Below, piece after piece: positions 39,889 to 51,989 of a DNA stretch of 64,000 bases (position 1 is its first letter; each line of letters starts with the position of its first letter). Location of the stretch: NCBI RefSeq assembly GCF_004010195.1, contig NC_057722.1:36372638-36436637 (forward strand), in the 5' to 3' direction. The position numbers and the translations under genes are program-made. The notes beneath the pieces are model-generated. The model did not search any database, was not told the DNA's origin, and saw only the letters and a list, made by a program, of their open reading frames with translations. This DNA is from Chiloscyllium plagiosum. Its lineage: Eukaryota.

Positions 39889-40755
39889 AAAGGCTTTACT
39901 AAAGTCCAAGTAAACAACGTCTATCAATTGGTTACTTATTCAAAGAAATTCAATCAAGTTTGCGAGACACTATTTCCCTCACACAAAACCATGTTGACTA
40001 TCCCTAGCCAGTCCTTGCCTCTCTAAATGCATATAAATCCTATCAGAATCGCCAACAACTTAGCCACCACTGATGTCAGACTCTCGGGTCCATAGTTTCC
40101 AGGCTTCTCCTTGCAGCCTAACTTAAATGTACAATGTTTCTCACCCTGCAGTCCTCTGATACCTTACCCATGGTTATGGATGATACAAATACTTATGTTC
40201 AGAGCCCTGGCAATTTCCTCCCTAACTTTCCACGACATCCTGGGATACATTTGATCAGGTTCTGGAGATTTATCTATCTTTTGTTTTCTAAGATCTCCAG
40301 CACTACTTCTGTAATGTGAACTCTTTTCAAATTATCTATTTATTTCCCTGAGTTATCTAACCTCCATTTCTTACTCCACAGTAAAAACCTACACAGAGTA
40401 TTTATTTAATATCTCTCCATCTCCTGACATTCAACACAAAAATTACCTCGTTGATCTTTAAGGGGCCCTACTGTCTTTAGTTACCCTTCTGCTCTTTATG
40501 TACGTGAATTCTCTGGATTATCCTCAACCTTATCTGCTAAGACTATCTCATATTCCCTATTTTTTTGTCCTCCTGGTTTCCCTTTTACGAATGCCTCAAC
40601 ACTTCTTTTTATACTCTTGAAGAGATTCATTTGATCGCAGTTGTCATTATCTGATGCATGATTCTCTCTTTTATTCTTGACTAAACATCTTACTCCAGTC
40701 AACAACTTTTAACTTTTATGGAAGTCTTATCCCTTTCTGTATCTATTTTAAAACT

Positions 40756-40880
40756 GAGTTGGAGGTGCCAGTGTTGGATTGGGGTGGACAAAGTTAAAAA
40801 TCACACAACACCAGGTCATAGCCCAACTGGTTTAAATGGAAGTACAAGCTTATGACGTAGTGTTGTGTGACTATTAATTT
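40756..40880. mobile_element. Truncated fold-back Penelope-end insertion inside CR1
   Basis: Same gccagtgttgga..aaaaatcacacaacaccagg sequence as 15640 and 60490. Perfect 12-bp TSD tattttaaaact at 40744-40755 and 40881-40892. Confidence 0.75.
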
Positions 40881-41395
40881 TATTTTAAAACTAGTGAAAT
40901 TATGATCTCTATTCCTAAAGTGTTCTCCTACTAACACTTAAGTCACCTGCCCTATCTTTTTCCCCAAGAGAAGGTTAAGTTTGACTCGAGAGTCAAAAAT
41001 TTACATGTTAAATTTTTTTTAACACTGGCATTCCCAGTCAATATTATAAAATTAAAATCTCCTAGTATTACAATACTATTATTCTTACAGATATCTGAGA
41101 TCTCTCTACATATTACCTACCTTAGGATTTAATTTGTGACAAAGGGCAGTGGTAAGGAGTTAGGGAGAGAATGTTTTGGAGGGGGTATCGAGGATTTGGG
41201 GGGGGTTTGAGGTGTGGGGTGATGGTAGAATGGTATTGGCTTGATTTAGTCTAAGAGTATCCATCTTGAATGGCCCATGAAGTTTATTCTAGCACTAGGT
41301 AAATTGAGTGAATCCAGGATACCAAGATCCAGGTAAAAATGCATTTTGTTTTATAAATATAGTGGAATAGAACATTAGAAATAGATGTAGGTAAG

Positions 41396-42230
41396 AGAGT
41401 CATAGAGATGTACAGCACGGAAACAGACCCTTCGGTCTAACCCATCCATGCCGACCAGAGATCCCAACCCAATCTAGTCCCACCTGCCAGCAGCCGGCCC
41501 ATGTCCCTCCAAATCCTTTCTATTCATATACCCATCCAAGTGCCTTTTAAATGTTGCGATTGTGTAAAAAAAATTGCCCCTTTGGTCTCTTTTATATCTC
41601 CCCTCTCACCCTAAACCTATGCCCTCTAGCTCTGGACTCCCCGACCCCAGGGAAAAGACTTTGTCTATTTATCCTATCCATGCTCCTCATAATTTTGTAA
41701 ACCTCTATAAGGTCACCCCTCAGCCTCCGATGCTCCAGGGAAAACAACTCCAGCCTGTTCACCCTCTCTATAGCTCAAATACTCCAACCCTGGCAACATC
41801 CTTGAAATCTTTTCTGAACCCTTTCAAGTTTCACAATATCTTTCCGATGGGAAGGAGACCAGAATGGCATGCAACATTCCAACAGTGGCTTAACCAATGT
41901 CCTGTACAGCCGCAACATGACTTCCCAACTCCTGTACTCAATACTCTGATCAATAAAGGAAAGCATACCAAACGACGCCTTCACTATCCTATCTACCTGC
42001 AACTCCACTTTCAAGGAGCTATGAACCTGCACTCCAAGATCTCTTTGTTCAACAAAACTCCCGAGGGCCTTACCATTAAGTGTATAAGTCCTGCTAAGAT
42101 TTGTTTTCCCTCGCATTTATCTGAATTAAACTCCATATGCCACTTCTCAGCCCATTGGCCCATCTGGTCAAGATCCTGTTGTAATCTGAGGCTAACCCTC
42201 TTCGCTGTCCACTACACCTCCAATTTCCTT
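41396..42230 (-). mobile_element. Relatively young CR1 3' fragment
   Basis: DLGVQVHSSLKVELQVDRIVK..LYRTLVKPLLECCMPFWSP. Highly similar to 49591-50433. Confidence 0.9.
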
Positions 42231-42686
42231 CAGTCTTTCATGTCTACTCCCATTCAGTGAGCATAGCTGATCTTATACTTGAATACCATTTTCTTACATT
42301 ATCCTATGTATTCCCTGGTGATTTTAATATGTCAGAATCTATCGGTATCAGTCTTAAACATACAGAAAAACTGAACCTCCACAGTCCTTTGGGTTAAAAT
42401 TGACCACTTCCTGAATAGATTCCTCTTCATTTCAGTCTGAATTACTTTCCCCTTATTTTGAGACTGTGTACCCACTGGCTGTAGATGCCACAAAGAAAAT
42501 ATCCTTCTTGCATCAACCCTATCAATCTTTGTAAGAAGTTTATGTACGTATGTTTAAACGTGATCACCTCTCATTCTTCAAATCTGTAGGGACTGTAGGC
42601 ACAGTTTATTATAAGTCAGTACCCTTATTTAAGAAATTAAATTGGTGAACCTTTTGCTCCAATCATTAATTTTATCTGTTTTGCAG

Positions 42687-43634
42687 ACGACAAGCTCTCA
42701 AAGATCACATAAGGCAAAAGTTTCTGGTGGACATAAGAGAATTTCGGAGATACAGAAGCCCCATTTGGAATCACAAGCTAATTCAGTATCTGATGCACTC
42801 TGCGAGCCAACTGAGCCAACCAACATCACAGATTTACAGCCTACATTAGCCACAGAGACTCTCAACACAGGGAAGCTAGCTCAACTAGCAGCTGCAGCAG
42901 TCCTGAATTTAGCAGAATTTTCTCAAGTGTTGGAAGTTCCTCTAAAACCTGAAGTAGAGTCTTCAGAAGTCCCCATGTTTTTTAATTGCAGTGCACAAAC
43001 TCAAACGTACACAACAGAAGCAAAGATGGAATCGGTTTCAAGTGAGTTAGTAACTATTCATTCAGAGAATCAATCTCAAGATTCAGCTGCAGCTCTGAGT
43101 TCAGATACCCTCCATTGGACAGCCAATGTATTATCTGCACCTGAAGTACTATCGGATACATCTACTGTGCTTGTGAGTTCAGTAGATGTTCCTACAGTGC
43201 CGGCTAATGTTGTGCCCTGTTTATTTACAACATCTGCAGAACTAACATCTGACCAAGTAACTATATCGGAAGAAACTACTTGGATATCTGCAGAAGTGCT
43301 TATTCCAGAAACACAAACTCATTTATCAGCTCCAGTTTTGGGTTCTGAAGAACTGCAATACTCCTCTGCAGGAGGAAAACTGCTTTCATCTCGTAATGAT
43401 CAGGATTTGCCAGGAATGACATTTCCCCAAGATCACAGTTATTTTATGAGTCCTTGCCCTGATATCATCAGGAGAACTCTAGGAAAGAAGCTTGCGTGGG
43501 AGAGAAAGAAGAATGAAGAGCATCGGCAAAAGTTCAGAGTACTCCAACAAAAACTGAAAAGAAAAGAGCAGAAAATTGACAATCTGACAAAAATTATCAG
43601 CCAGCTGAGAGAAAGTAAGATTTGGAATCTGTAG
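42687..43634 (+). CDS. THAP-domain protein exon 3: S/T/E-rich linker, HCF1-binding motif DHSY, C-terminal coiled coil
   Basis: tctgttttgcag acceptor in phase 0, inside the 330-aa ORF. QDHSY is followed by the heptad-rich KLAWERKKNEEHRQKFRVLQQKLKRKEQKIDNLTKIISQL. AATAAA at 43651-43656. Confidence 0.85.
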   Translation, partial: TTSSQRSHKAKVSGGHKRISEIQKPHLESQANSVSDALCEPTEPTNITDLQPTLATETLNTGKLAQLAAAAVLNLAEFSQVLEVPLKPEVESSEVPMFFNCSAQTQTYTTEAKMESVSSELVTIHSENQSQDSAAALSSDTLHWTANVLSAPEVLSDTSTVLVSSVDVPTVPANVVPCLFTTSAELTSDQVTISEETTWISAEVLIPETQTHLSAPVLGSEELQYSSAGGKLLSSRNDQDLPGMTFPQDHSYFMSPCPDIIRRTLGKKLAWERKKNEEHRQKFRVLQQKLKRKEQKIDNLTKIISQLRESKIWNL

Positions 43635-43859
43635 AGCACTAATGTATAGTAATAAATGGAGGCAAGCTATTTATGTATGTGGGCAGTTGCAGAAATTAAA
43701 AGTTATGTTTAGTGCACATTTGAATAGCATGAACGGGTGAAATTTTAGTCTTCACTGAATAGTTGTGGTCATTTAATATTGTTAAATCTTTCAGGTATCC
43801 GTTGAAGTTAGACTTGACATGGCTTTATACTGCAATGATGGTTGCTGCAAAATGATTCT

Positions 43860-45380
43860 AAATATATTATGTAAATGTCAGACCACACCTGAAACACTGA
43901 ACAGTTTTGGACCTCTATCTAAGCAGAGATATATAGGCATGGGCAGAAGAAGTTCAGTAGTCTGTTCCAGGATATGCAATCTCTTCTGAGTAGAGATTGT
44001 GTAGGTTAGAACCGTATTTGCTGGAGTTCAGAAGAATGAGAAGTGACCTTACTGAAAAAAATAAGATTCTTGAGGGAACTTAACAGGCTAGAAGCAAATG
44101 GTTATTTTCCAAGAGTCTAGAACCAGAGGCCATCATGTCTGAATAATACATCACCCATTTAAGTTAGAGGTGAAAAGGTATTTCTCATCTGAGAGGGGAA
44201 AATATTTATAGAATTCTTTACTGCAGATGGTGTAGAGGTTTAGTCAATAAATATATTCAAGTCTGAGAGAGACTGATTTTTAATTCAGGGAGGAACTCCA
44301 GGGTTTTGGAGGGGAAAAGGCAGGAAATACAGTTGAGGGTTATCAGTTCATCCATGTATTTATTGAATGGTAGAGCTGACTCAGTAAGCTGAATGGCCAA
44401 CTTGCTTGTACATTTTATGGTCTGTGAAACTAGGGCTCGAATGTACATTAAATAATTTTACTGTAGTGGACAGTATAACCTGGTTTTATATAATGCTTTT
44501 GGTACATGGACAAAGCAGGTGGTTGGTCTGTTGATATTAAGTTGAATCTGTTGGATCCCTGGGGCATTTCTGAACCTGACAAGATTATATTTTGTATTTT
44601 AAGAATGAATATGCTGTCACTGTTATTCTATAAAATTCTAAATTTTAGTTTTCGGGGAAGAATTTTACACACCAGCAAAATTCTAAGTCTAAGAATACCA
44701 CATCAGGAAGTATCACCAAGTTATTAGTAAGCTGGAAACAATTCTACAGCTACTGGCTCAGGCTGATTTACGACAGTAAAAATTCACGACATTTGTCTTG
44801 ATAATTTTCTGACAGCCTTTTTGTTTCTAAACAATCAGTATGTGAATGTACCAACTAGACAAGGTGCAAAACCTTGACCTACTCTTGGGAAATAAGGCAG
44901 GGCAGGTGACTGAGGTGTCAGTGGGGGAGCACTTTGAGCCAGCGACCATAATTCTATTAGTTTTAAAATAGTGATTGAAAAGAATAGACTGGATCTAAAA
45001 GCTGGAGCTCTAAATTGGAGGAAGGCCAATTTTGATGGTACTAGGAAAGAATGTTCAAAAGCTGATTGAGGGCAGATGTTTGCAGGTAAAAGGACACCTG
45101 GAAAATGGGAAGCCTTCAAAAATGAGAAGGGTCTGGAAAGAGTGTATTCCTATTAGGGTGAAAGGAAAGATGAATAGGTGTAGGAAATCTGGATGACTGG
45201 AGAGACTGAGGTTTTGGTTAAGGTAAGGAAGCATATGTCAGGTATTGACAGCAGAGACTGAGTGAATTCTAACAAGAGTATACAGGCAAGAGTATACATA
45301 AGAGGGAAATCAGCAGGGCAAAAACGGGACAGGAGAGCGCTTTGGCAAATAGAGTTAAGGAGAATGCAAAGGGTTATTTA
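43860..45380 (+). mobile_element. Two degraded plus-strand CR1 fragments (~43860-44420 3' end; ~44835-45380 endonuclease/linker)
   Basis: gtcagaccacacctg, ctggagttcagaagaatgagaagtgacctt; and QYVNVPTRQGAKPxLLLGN..DHNSISFKI. Confidence 0.7.
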
Positions 45381-45719
45381 CTTCAGTGGTCCTCCCTACT
45401 ACCTTCTAATGCTTTGCCCAACTTCCTTGTTTTTAATTTGTGCCCTGCTTTGCAAATCCTTCAACATAATAAATGATTTACCAGCATATGTTTTAGACAG
45501 TCTCTTCTGGCAATCACATCCACCACTGAAAGTTAGCAGATATAATGTTTCCACACTCGTCTCTGCCTGAAAAGCTGTCTCCAAAACTGAAAAGAGATTT
45601 CAGTGACACTTGGTGCATACAGTATTATTGAAGAAAGAATTGATATATTTTTTATGAAGATCCTGTCCTCTCTTTTTTAAAAGGATCTCCTAACATTCAG
45701 CGAAATAAAAAATAAAATC

Positions 45720-48190
45720 TTGCCCTTCAGATTCCCATTTATTTTTTCCCCTCTGACCTTCAACTGATGCCATCTAGTCCTCGATTACCCAATTCTGGAA
45801 AAAAGACTGAGAGCATTCACCTTATCCATGCCTCTCATGATCTTTCTTACTTCTGTAAGACTCCCCCGCTCAGTCTCCTACACTCAAAAGAAAAAAGTCC
45901 TCGTTTGTCCGACCTCTCCCAATAACTTAGTCTCTACAGTCTTGGCAACATCCTTGTAAATCCCTTATGCACACTTTCCAGTTTAATAACATCTTTCCTT
46001 TAGCAAGGTGATCAAAACTGAACACAATACTCCAAGTGTGGCCTCACCAACGTCCTGTACAACTGTAACATAACATCACAACTTCTATATTCGATGTCCT
46101 GATTGAGGAAGGCCAGTGTGGCAAAAGCCTCCTTCACTGCCCTGTCTACTTGTGACTCCACTTTCAGAGAACCATGCACCTGAACTCCAAAACCACTCTG
46201 TTCCACTACGCTCCTTAGGTCCCAACCATTCACCATGAAATTCCTACCTTGATTTGACTTTCCAAAATGCCACACGTCACACTTATCTATATTAAACTCC
46301 ATTTGCCATTTCTCAGCCCACTTCTCCAGCTAATCAAGGTTCTGCTGCAATTGCTGATAACCTTCCTCACTGTCCACAATACTGCCTATTTTTGTCTTCT
46401 GCAAATTTATTATTCATGCCTTGAACATTCTCATCCAAATCAGTGATATAGATAACAAATAACAGTGGTCCCAGTGCCACTCCCTGAGGCACAGCACTGG
46501 TCACAGGCCTCCAGTCTGACAAGCATTCTTTCACTATTACCCTCCTCTTCCTACCAACAAGCCAATTTTGCATCCAATTTGCCAGTTCCCCCAGATTACA
46601 TGCCGTCTAATCTTCCACAGCAGCCTACCATGCAGAAAGTTATCAAAGGCCTTACTGAAATCCACATAGACTACATCAACTGCCCTGCCCTCATAAACCT
46701 TCTTGGTCACTTCATCAAAGAAGTCTAACAAATTTCTTCTGCTCCTCGCATGCTGCCTGACCTGCTGTGCTTTTCCAGCATCTCGGTTTGACTCTGATCT
46801 CTAGCACCTGCAGTCCTCACTTTCTCCCAACAGATTTGTGAGGCATAATCTCCCAAGAACAAAGCCATGCTGTCTACTCTTAATTAAACACTGTCCTTCC
46901 AAATGAATGTGTATCTTATCCCTCTGAATATTCTCCAGTAACTTACCTACCATAGATGTTAAATTTACTGGCCTATAGTTCCAGGCTTTTCTTTGCAGCC
47001 CTTCCTGAATAAGGGCACAACAATCGCTACCCTCCAGTCTTCCAGGACTTCACTTCTGGCAAACAATGATACAAATACATCAGCCAGAGCCTCCACAATT
47101 TTTTCTCCAGTCTCTTATAGGGTTCTTGGATATATCTGGTCAGTACCAGGATATTTATCCACCTTCATACATTTTAATATGTCCAACACCATCACCACTA
47201 ACTTTCCCAAGTTCCCAAGTCATCTCGTCTTTCTCCACGGTAAACACAGGAGAAATATTAATTGAGCACCTTGCCCAGTTTCTGCAGTTCCACATATAGG
47301 TGTCCACTTTGGTCCTGGAGGGGTCCTATTCTCTCTTTAGATATTCTTTTTCCTTTAATATGCTTAAACAATCTCTTTGGATTCACCCTCATCTTCTCTG
47401 CAAAGGCTATTTTGTGCCCCATTTTCACCCTCTTGATTTCCTTCTTCAGTAAACTCTTGTATCCTCTGTATACCTCCCTGGGATTGTTTTGATCCCAGTT
47501 GCCTGTACCTGCGCCATGCATCCTATTTTCTGGTCAAAGCCTCAATATCTCTTGTCATCCAAGGATACCAACTTCTGCCAACCTTGCCCTTCACCCTCAC
47601 AGGAACATATAAACCTTAAATTCTAGCTATCACACTTTTTTAAAGGCCTCCCACTTGCCAGAGGTCCCTTTGTCAGTAAACAAACAATTCCAAACAACCC
47701 CTGCAAGCTCCTGTCAAATTTCATCAAAATTCGCCTTGCCCCAATTTAGAACTTGAACCTGTGAAGCAGTTTTATCCCTCTCTATAAGTACTTTAAAACT
47801 AATATAACTATGGTTACTGGTCCCAAAGTGCTCACCCACTGTCACTTCAGTCACTTGTCCTGCCCTATTTCCCAGGAGTAAGTAAAGTTTTGCCCCTTCC
47901 TGAGTAGGACCCTTTATCTACTGCTTGAGCAAACTTTCCTGAACACTTAACAAATTCCACCCTATCAAAGCCCTTAATGCTATGGCTGTCCCAATCTATG
48001 TTAGGAAAATTAAAATCCCCAACTATGACAAATCAATTGCTCCTGCAAGTCTCCCCAGTCTCCCTGCATATTGACTGTGGGCATATAGTACAACCCCAAT
48101 ATCGTCACCATCCCCATCTTATTTCTTAGCTCCACCCACAAAGCTTCACTCTATGATCTCTTGGTTATTTCATCTCTGACTACTATTGTT
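45720..48190 (-). mobile_element. Long CR1 ORF2 remnant (endonuclease + RT), with a small Penelope-end insert at ~46736-46828
   Basis: [26 protein letters not shown] and LYRTLVRPHLEYCVQF on the minus strand. Confidence 0.9.
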
Positions 48191-49590
48191 TTATTTAGAA
48201 TGTTGTGAATTGTCTCAGTTGCTGTGGTAGAATTGATGATAGGTGTTGAAATATCTGCCATGTTTTCAGACACCTTGTTGGATTATCCTGAAGCATCCTC
48301 CATGAGATGGAAGCTTCTAATAAAGATGTTTCAGTTTTGTAGGTACAAAGCATCTTCCAGGTAGGAGAAACCTGAAGAGCTATACACTGAAGCCAACACA
48401 GAACTGTGGAGGTATGCACTCTAATAGAGTGTACTCCTCATTTCTCTTAAACATGTCCCTGTCACATCTCAATTTTTTTTAAACTTGCCTTTGCAACATA
48501 AATTGAGTTAAAACATTAGTCAGATCTCATCCAGAACATTGTGCACCCATTATTGTAGTGCTTTTTAGATTTAAAAATAGTCCCAATGCAATATGTAAAA
48601 CATGGCATTAACAATCTAGATTATTTTAAAGAATGGAGAAAACAAAGGGCAGAAAATGTGCTTTTCAAATTTATTTACGAGCTACAAAAATCAACTTCCT
48701 ATGTTTCTTCAGCTTTTTCAGTTACTCTTAAAACCTAAGTTATCTTTTGACCCATAAACAATCACAAAACATGTACATTAATTGGACAAAAAGTAAATTC
48801 TTACAATGTGGTCCGAATGAGGTACCAGCCTAAAATATTGCATACAAAAACAACAATTGGCATTTAACATAGTGAAACATCTTTAGGAGCTTTATGGGAA
48901 TGCAATACAACTAAATTTGACACCAAGATCCATAAGGAGTTAACAGATTGTCTGACCCAACCTTCATGAGGTAGGTTTAAGCAGCATTGTAAATAAAGAA
49001 TGAGAGATTGAGATATTTAAGAAGGGAATTCCAGAGCTGAGGCCTAATTAGCTAAAGGCATGCCCTCTATTTGGTGGACCACTGAAAAAATTGAGACCAG
49101 AGTCCAGAGGTTGAAGGAGATTGTGGTTTAGAAGGACTTTACAGTAAAAGAAACAAAAAATCAGACTACACAGAGGAGTTAGGAGAGGTGGTCGTGTGGT
49201 AGACAGAGATTGTCAACATTCTTGTGTAAACTGATGTGTGTTTTAAAAAACTAGCCAGTGGTGTTGTTGCAACTAATTCCATAAACTAAATTAGGTTGAA
49301 GAAACTGCAGCTCCGTGAAATTGGACGCTTCTAGGATAATGGTACTCACGTTACCATTTGAGTCTGCTAGAAATTCCCTCTAACAGACAATGGCCCAGTC
49401 ACTAAGTGGTCTATGTAAAAAGAAACTACAGGAGGTTATGAACATTTCCCTCTCTCTCACTCGTAGGTTAGCTTAGCATAGATAGGTATTTTCTGCATGT
49501 CAGCTTCTTCAATCCTTCAACCATATTTGTGATGAGGGAAGATATAAATCATTAATGATTTATGCTGTACATCAGTTGTAATCACAATCG

Positions 49591-50433
49591 CATAGAGTCA
49601 TAGAGATGTACAGCATGGAAACAGACCCTTCGGTCCATGCGGACCAGATATCCCTACCCAATCTAGTCCCACCTGCCAGCACCCGGCCCATATCCTTCCA
49701 AACCCTTCCTATTCATATACTCATCCAAATGCCTCTTAAATGTTGCAATTGTACCAGCCTCCACCACATCCTCTGGCAGCTCATTCCATACATGTACCAC
49801 CCTCTGCATGAAAAAGTTGCCCCTTATGTCTCTTTTATATCTTTCCCCTCTCACCCTCAGCCTCCGAAGCTCCAGGGAAAACAGCCCCAGCCTGTTCAGC
49901 CTCTCCCTGTAGCTCAAATCCTCCAACCCTGGCAACATCCTTGTAAATCTTTTCTGAACCCTTTCAAGTTTCACAACATCTTTCCGATAGGAAGGAGACC
50001 AGAATGGCATGCAATATTGCAACAGTGGCCTAACCAATGTCCTGTACAGCCGCAACATGACCTCCCAACTCCTGTACCCAATACTCTGATCAATAAAGGA
50101 AAGCATACCAAACGCCTTCTTCACTATCCTATCTACCTGCAACTCCACTTTCAAGGAGCTATGAACCTGCACTCCAAGGTCTCTTTGTTCAGTAACACTC
50201 CCTAGGACCTAATCATTAAGTGTATAAGTCCTGCTAAGATTTGCTATCCCAAAATACAGCACCTCGCATTTATATGAATTAAATTCCATCTGCCACTTCT
50301 CAGCCCATTGGCCCATCTGGTCCAGATCCTGTTGTAATCTGAGGTAACCCTCTTCGCTGTTCACTACACCTCCAATTTTGGTGTCATCTGCAAACTTACT
50401 AACTGTACCTCTTATGCTCACATCCAAATCATT
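49591..50433 (-). mobile_element. Relatively young CR1 3' fragment
   Basis: SKFADDTKIGG and a 169-aa ORF of the ORF2 C-terminus, with catagagtcataga tail. Confidence 0.9.
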
Positions 50434-51989
50434 TTCTTGATTTAATCCAGACTATTGTGTAACACCATAAAATAGCACTCCTACAGAACTGTGTTGCCTT
50501 GTACCGTGGCATCCAGCATTTCTTATCTCAGTCTCCACTAAAGCAGTTTTCTCTGCTTTAAATAGCATCTCTTCTAGTCTCTAAACTCTATTTTTCATAC
50601 ACACTAAAAGAAAAATAAAACTTTAATATAGCGCACTTTTTTTATTTCGATAAATGAGAAATTTATTATTATTAGCAGCTACTTATTGTTTCAGCAATTT
50701 TTAAACTTGTCTTAAATAATTGAACTTTTTGCAAAAAATGGGTTTTGGGAAAATAGCTAAAACAATTGCAAAACATAATTATTCTCCTGGTAAATGTATT
50801 TGGCAAGTACCTAACATATATACTTTTTTGTACACTTAGAGCATGATGAAAATGAAAATGAAAAAGAAGAATTGGACCAAACACAGCAATGCTACTGAAG
50901 TGAAGGACTTGCGTCTGTAGGAACAGTCAGTCAGTGGCCATGTGACTGAAAAGACAAGTGAAATTCTGTACTTCATTGACAAAAGAGATGCAAAGGAAGA
51001 ACTGATATACTATGAATGAAAATTTGAAACTTTTACGGATTGTTTCTGGGTTTCAGCATAAACGCTGAGCAAAATAATAAAACCTATTAATTGTTCCAAT
51101 ATTTAATAGAATTATTTTGTTCATATTTAGAACATTGTACATTACATATCATAATGCCAATCAGTGCTGTTCATGGCTTCTCATTGACACAAAGAAATGA
51201 ATGTATTAGTTAAATAAGTAGAGATGTGATCTGTCAGACTTTGAGCACTGAGTAATGCAGGTACAGATCAGCGAAGTACTTAATATCATGTTGACCAGGG
51301 TAAATTGCAGGTGCTGTACATCCTTGTGTTGTAATTGGGAAAACTTAAGAATACAGGTGAGTTTGGGTGTCTACAGTCTGTAATGATTCTGGGATGCTCA
51401 TATATGTTGTGCTTGTAGGCACAAAGGAGAGGACGATTGAACAACAGTAGTATTTAATACCCTATTAGCTCTGAGTGCATAATTTAATGGCATAATTAAA
51501 TGAGGCATCTTCACTGCTGCAGTGGAACTAATTTGAAACTTTAAAATGAGTTCAAAACTATTATTTGAATTTTTTTAAACTGCAAAAAGCAGACTGTCCT
51601 GTCAGTTACTCTTAAACATTTGATTTGTTCTTTAACAGATGGAACAAATCTACTGGTGTTATCCTCTCTACCCTACCCTTATATAGACCAACCAAATAAT
51701 GTCCTACTTAGGGATTGCAAACTAGTTGCCTTTCCAGAGCATAGCTCGCCTGCTTCCATGTAGAAGCAAACTCTCAGTTTTTGTTTGTCTATTGTCCTCA
51801 GCCTTTCACTCTTTCCTCATTTTCTTCTTCCGTTCCCTTCTCTTTTGCTCCTATTATGACCACTTTTAATGATTTCCTCATTCTCCAATTCCCCTTGCCA
51901 CCTTAAACTTAAACTCTAACCCCTTCAGCTGCTGCATTTCAGTTTATTGCCTTTCTTAACACTTCCTTCACCCTCTCATTTCCTCATTC

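Larger units (their letters stand above)
38085..41110 (-). mobile_element. Long degraded CR1 (endonuclease to 3' end) with nested LTR and Penelope-end insertions
   Basis: ORF2 remnants LYRTLLRQLLQYCAQF, KLERVQDRFTRML and LADKVEDNP in colinear order. Confidence 0.8.

Noticed and set aside
41150-41235. G-rich tract as a possible G-quadruplex
   Set aside because: Irregular G-runs with long loops in a repeat junction; no evidence of function.
42642-42686. 5' extension of the 330-aa ORF
   Set aside because: Starts at a non-ATG codon in intronic LINE-derived sequence upstream of a clear splice acceptor.
48195-48420. Possible RTE RT C-terminal remnant on the minus strand
   Set aside because: Similarity needs several frameshifts and is too weak to call.
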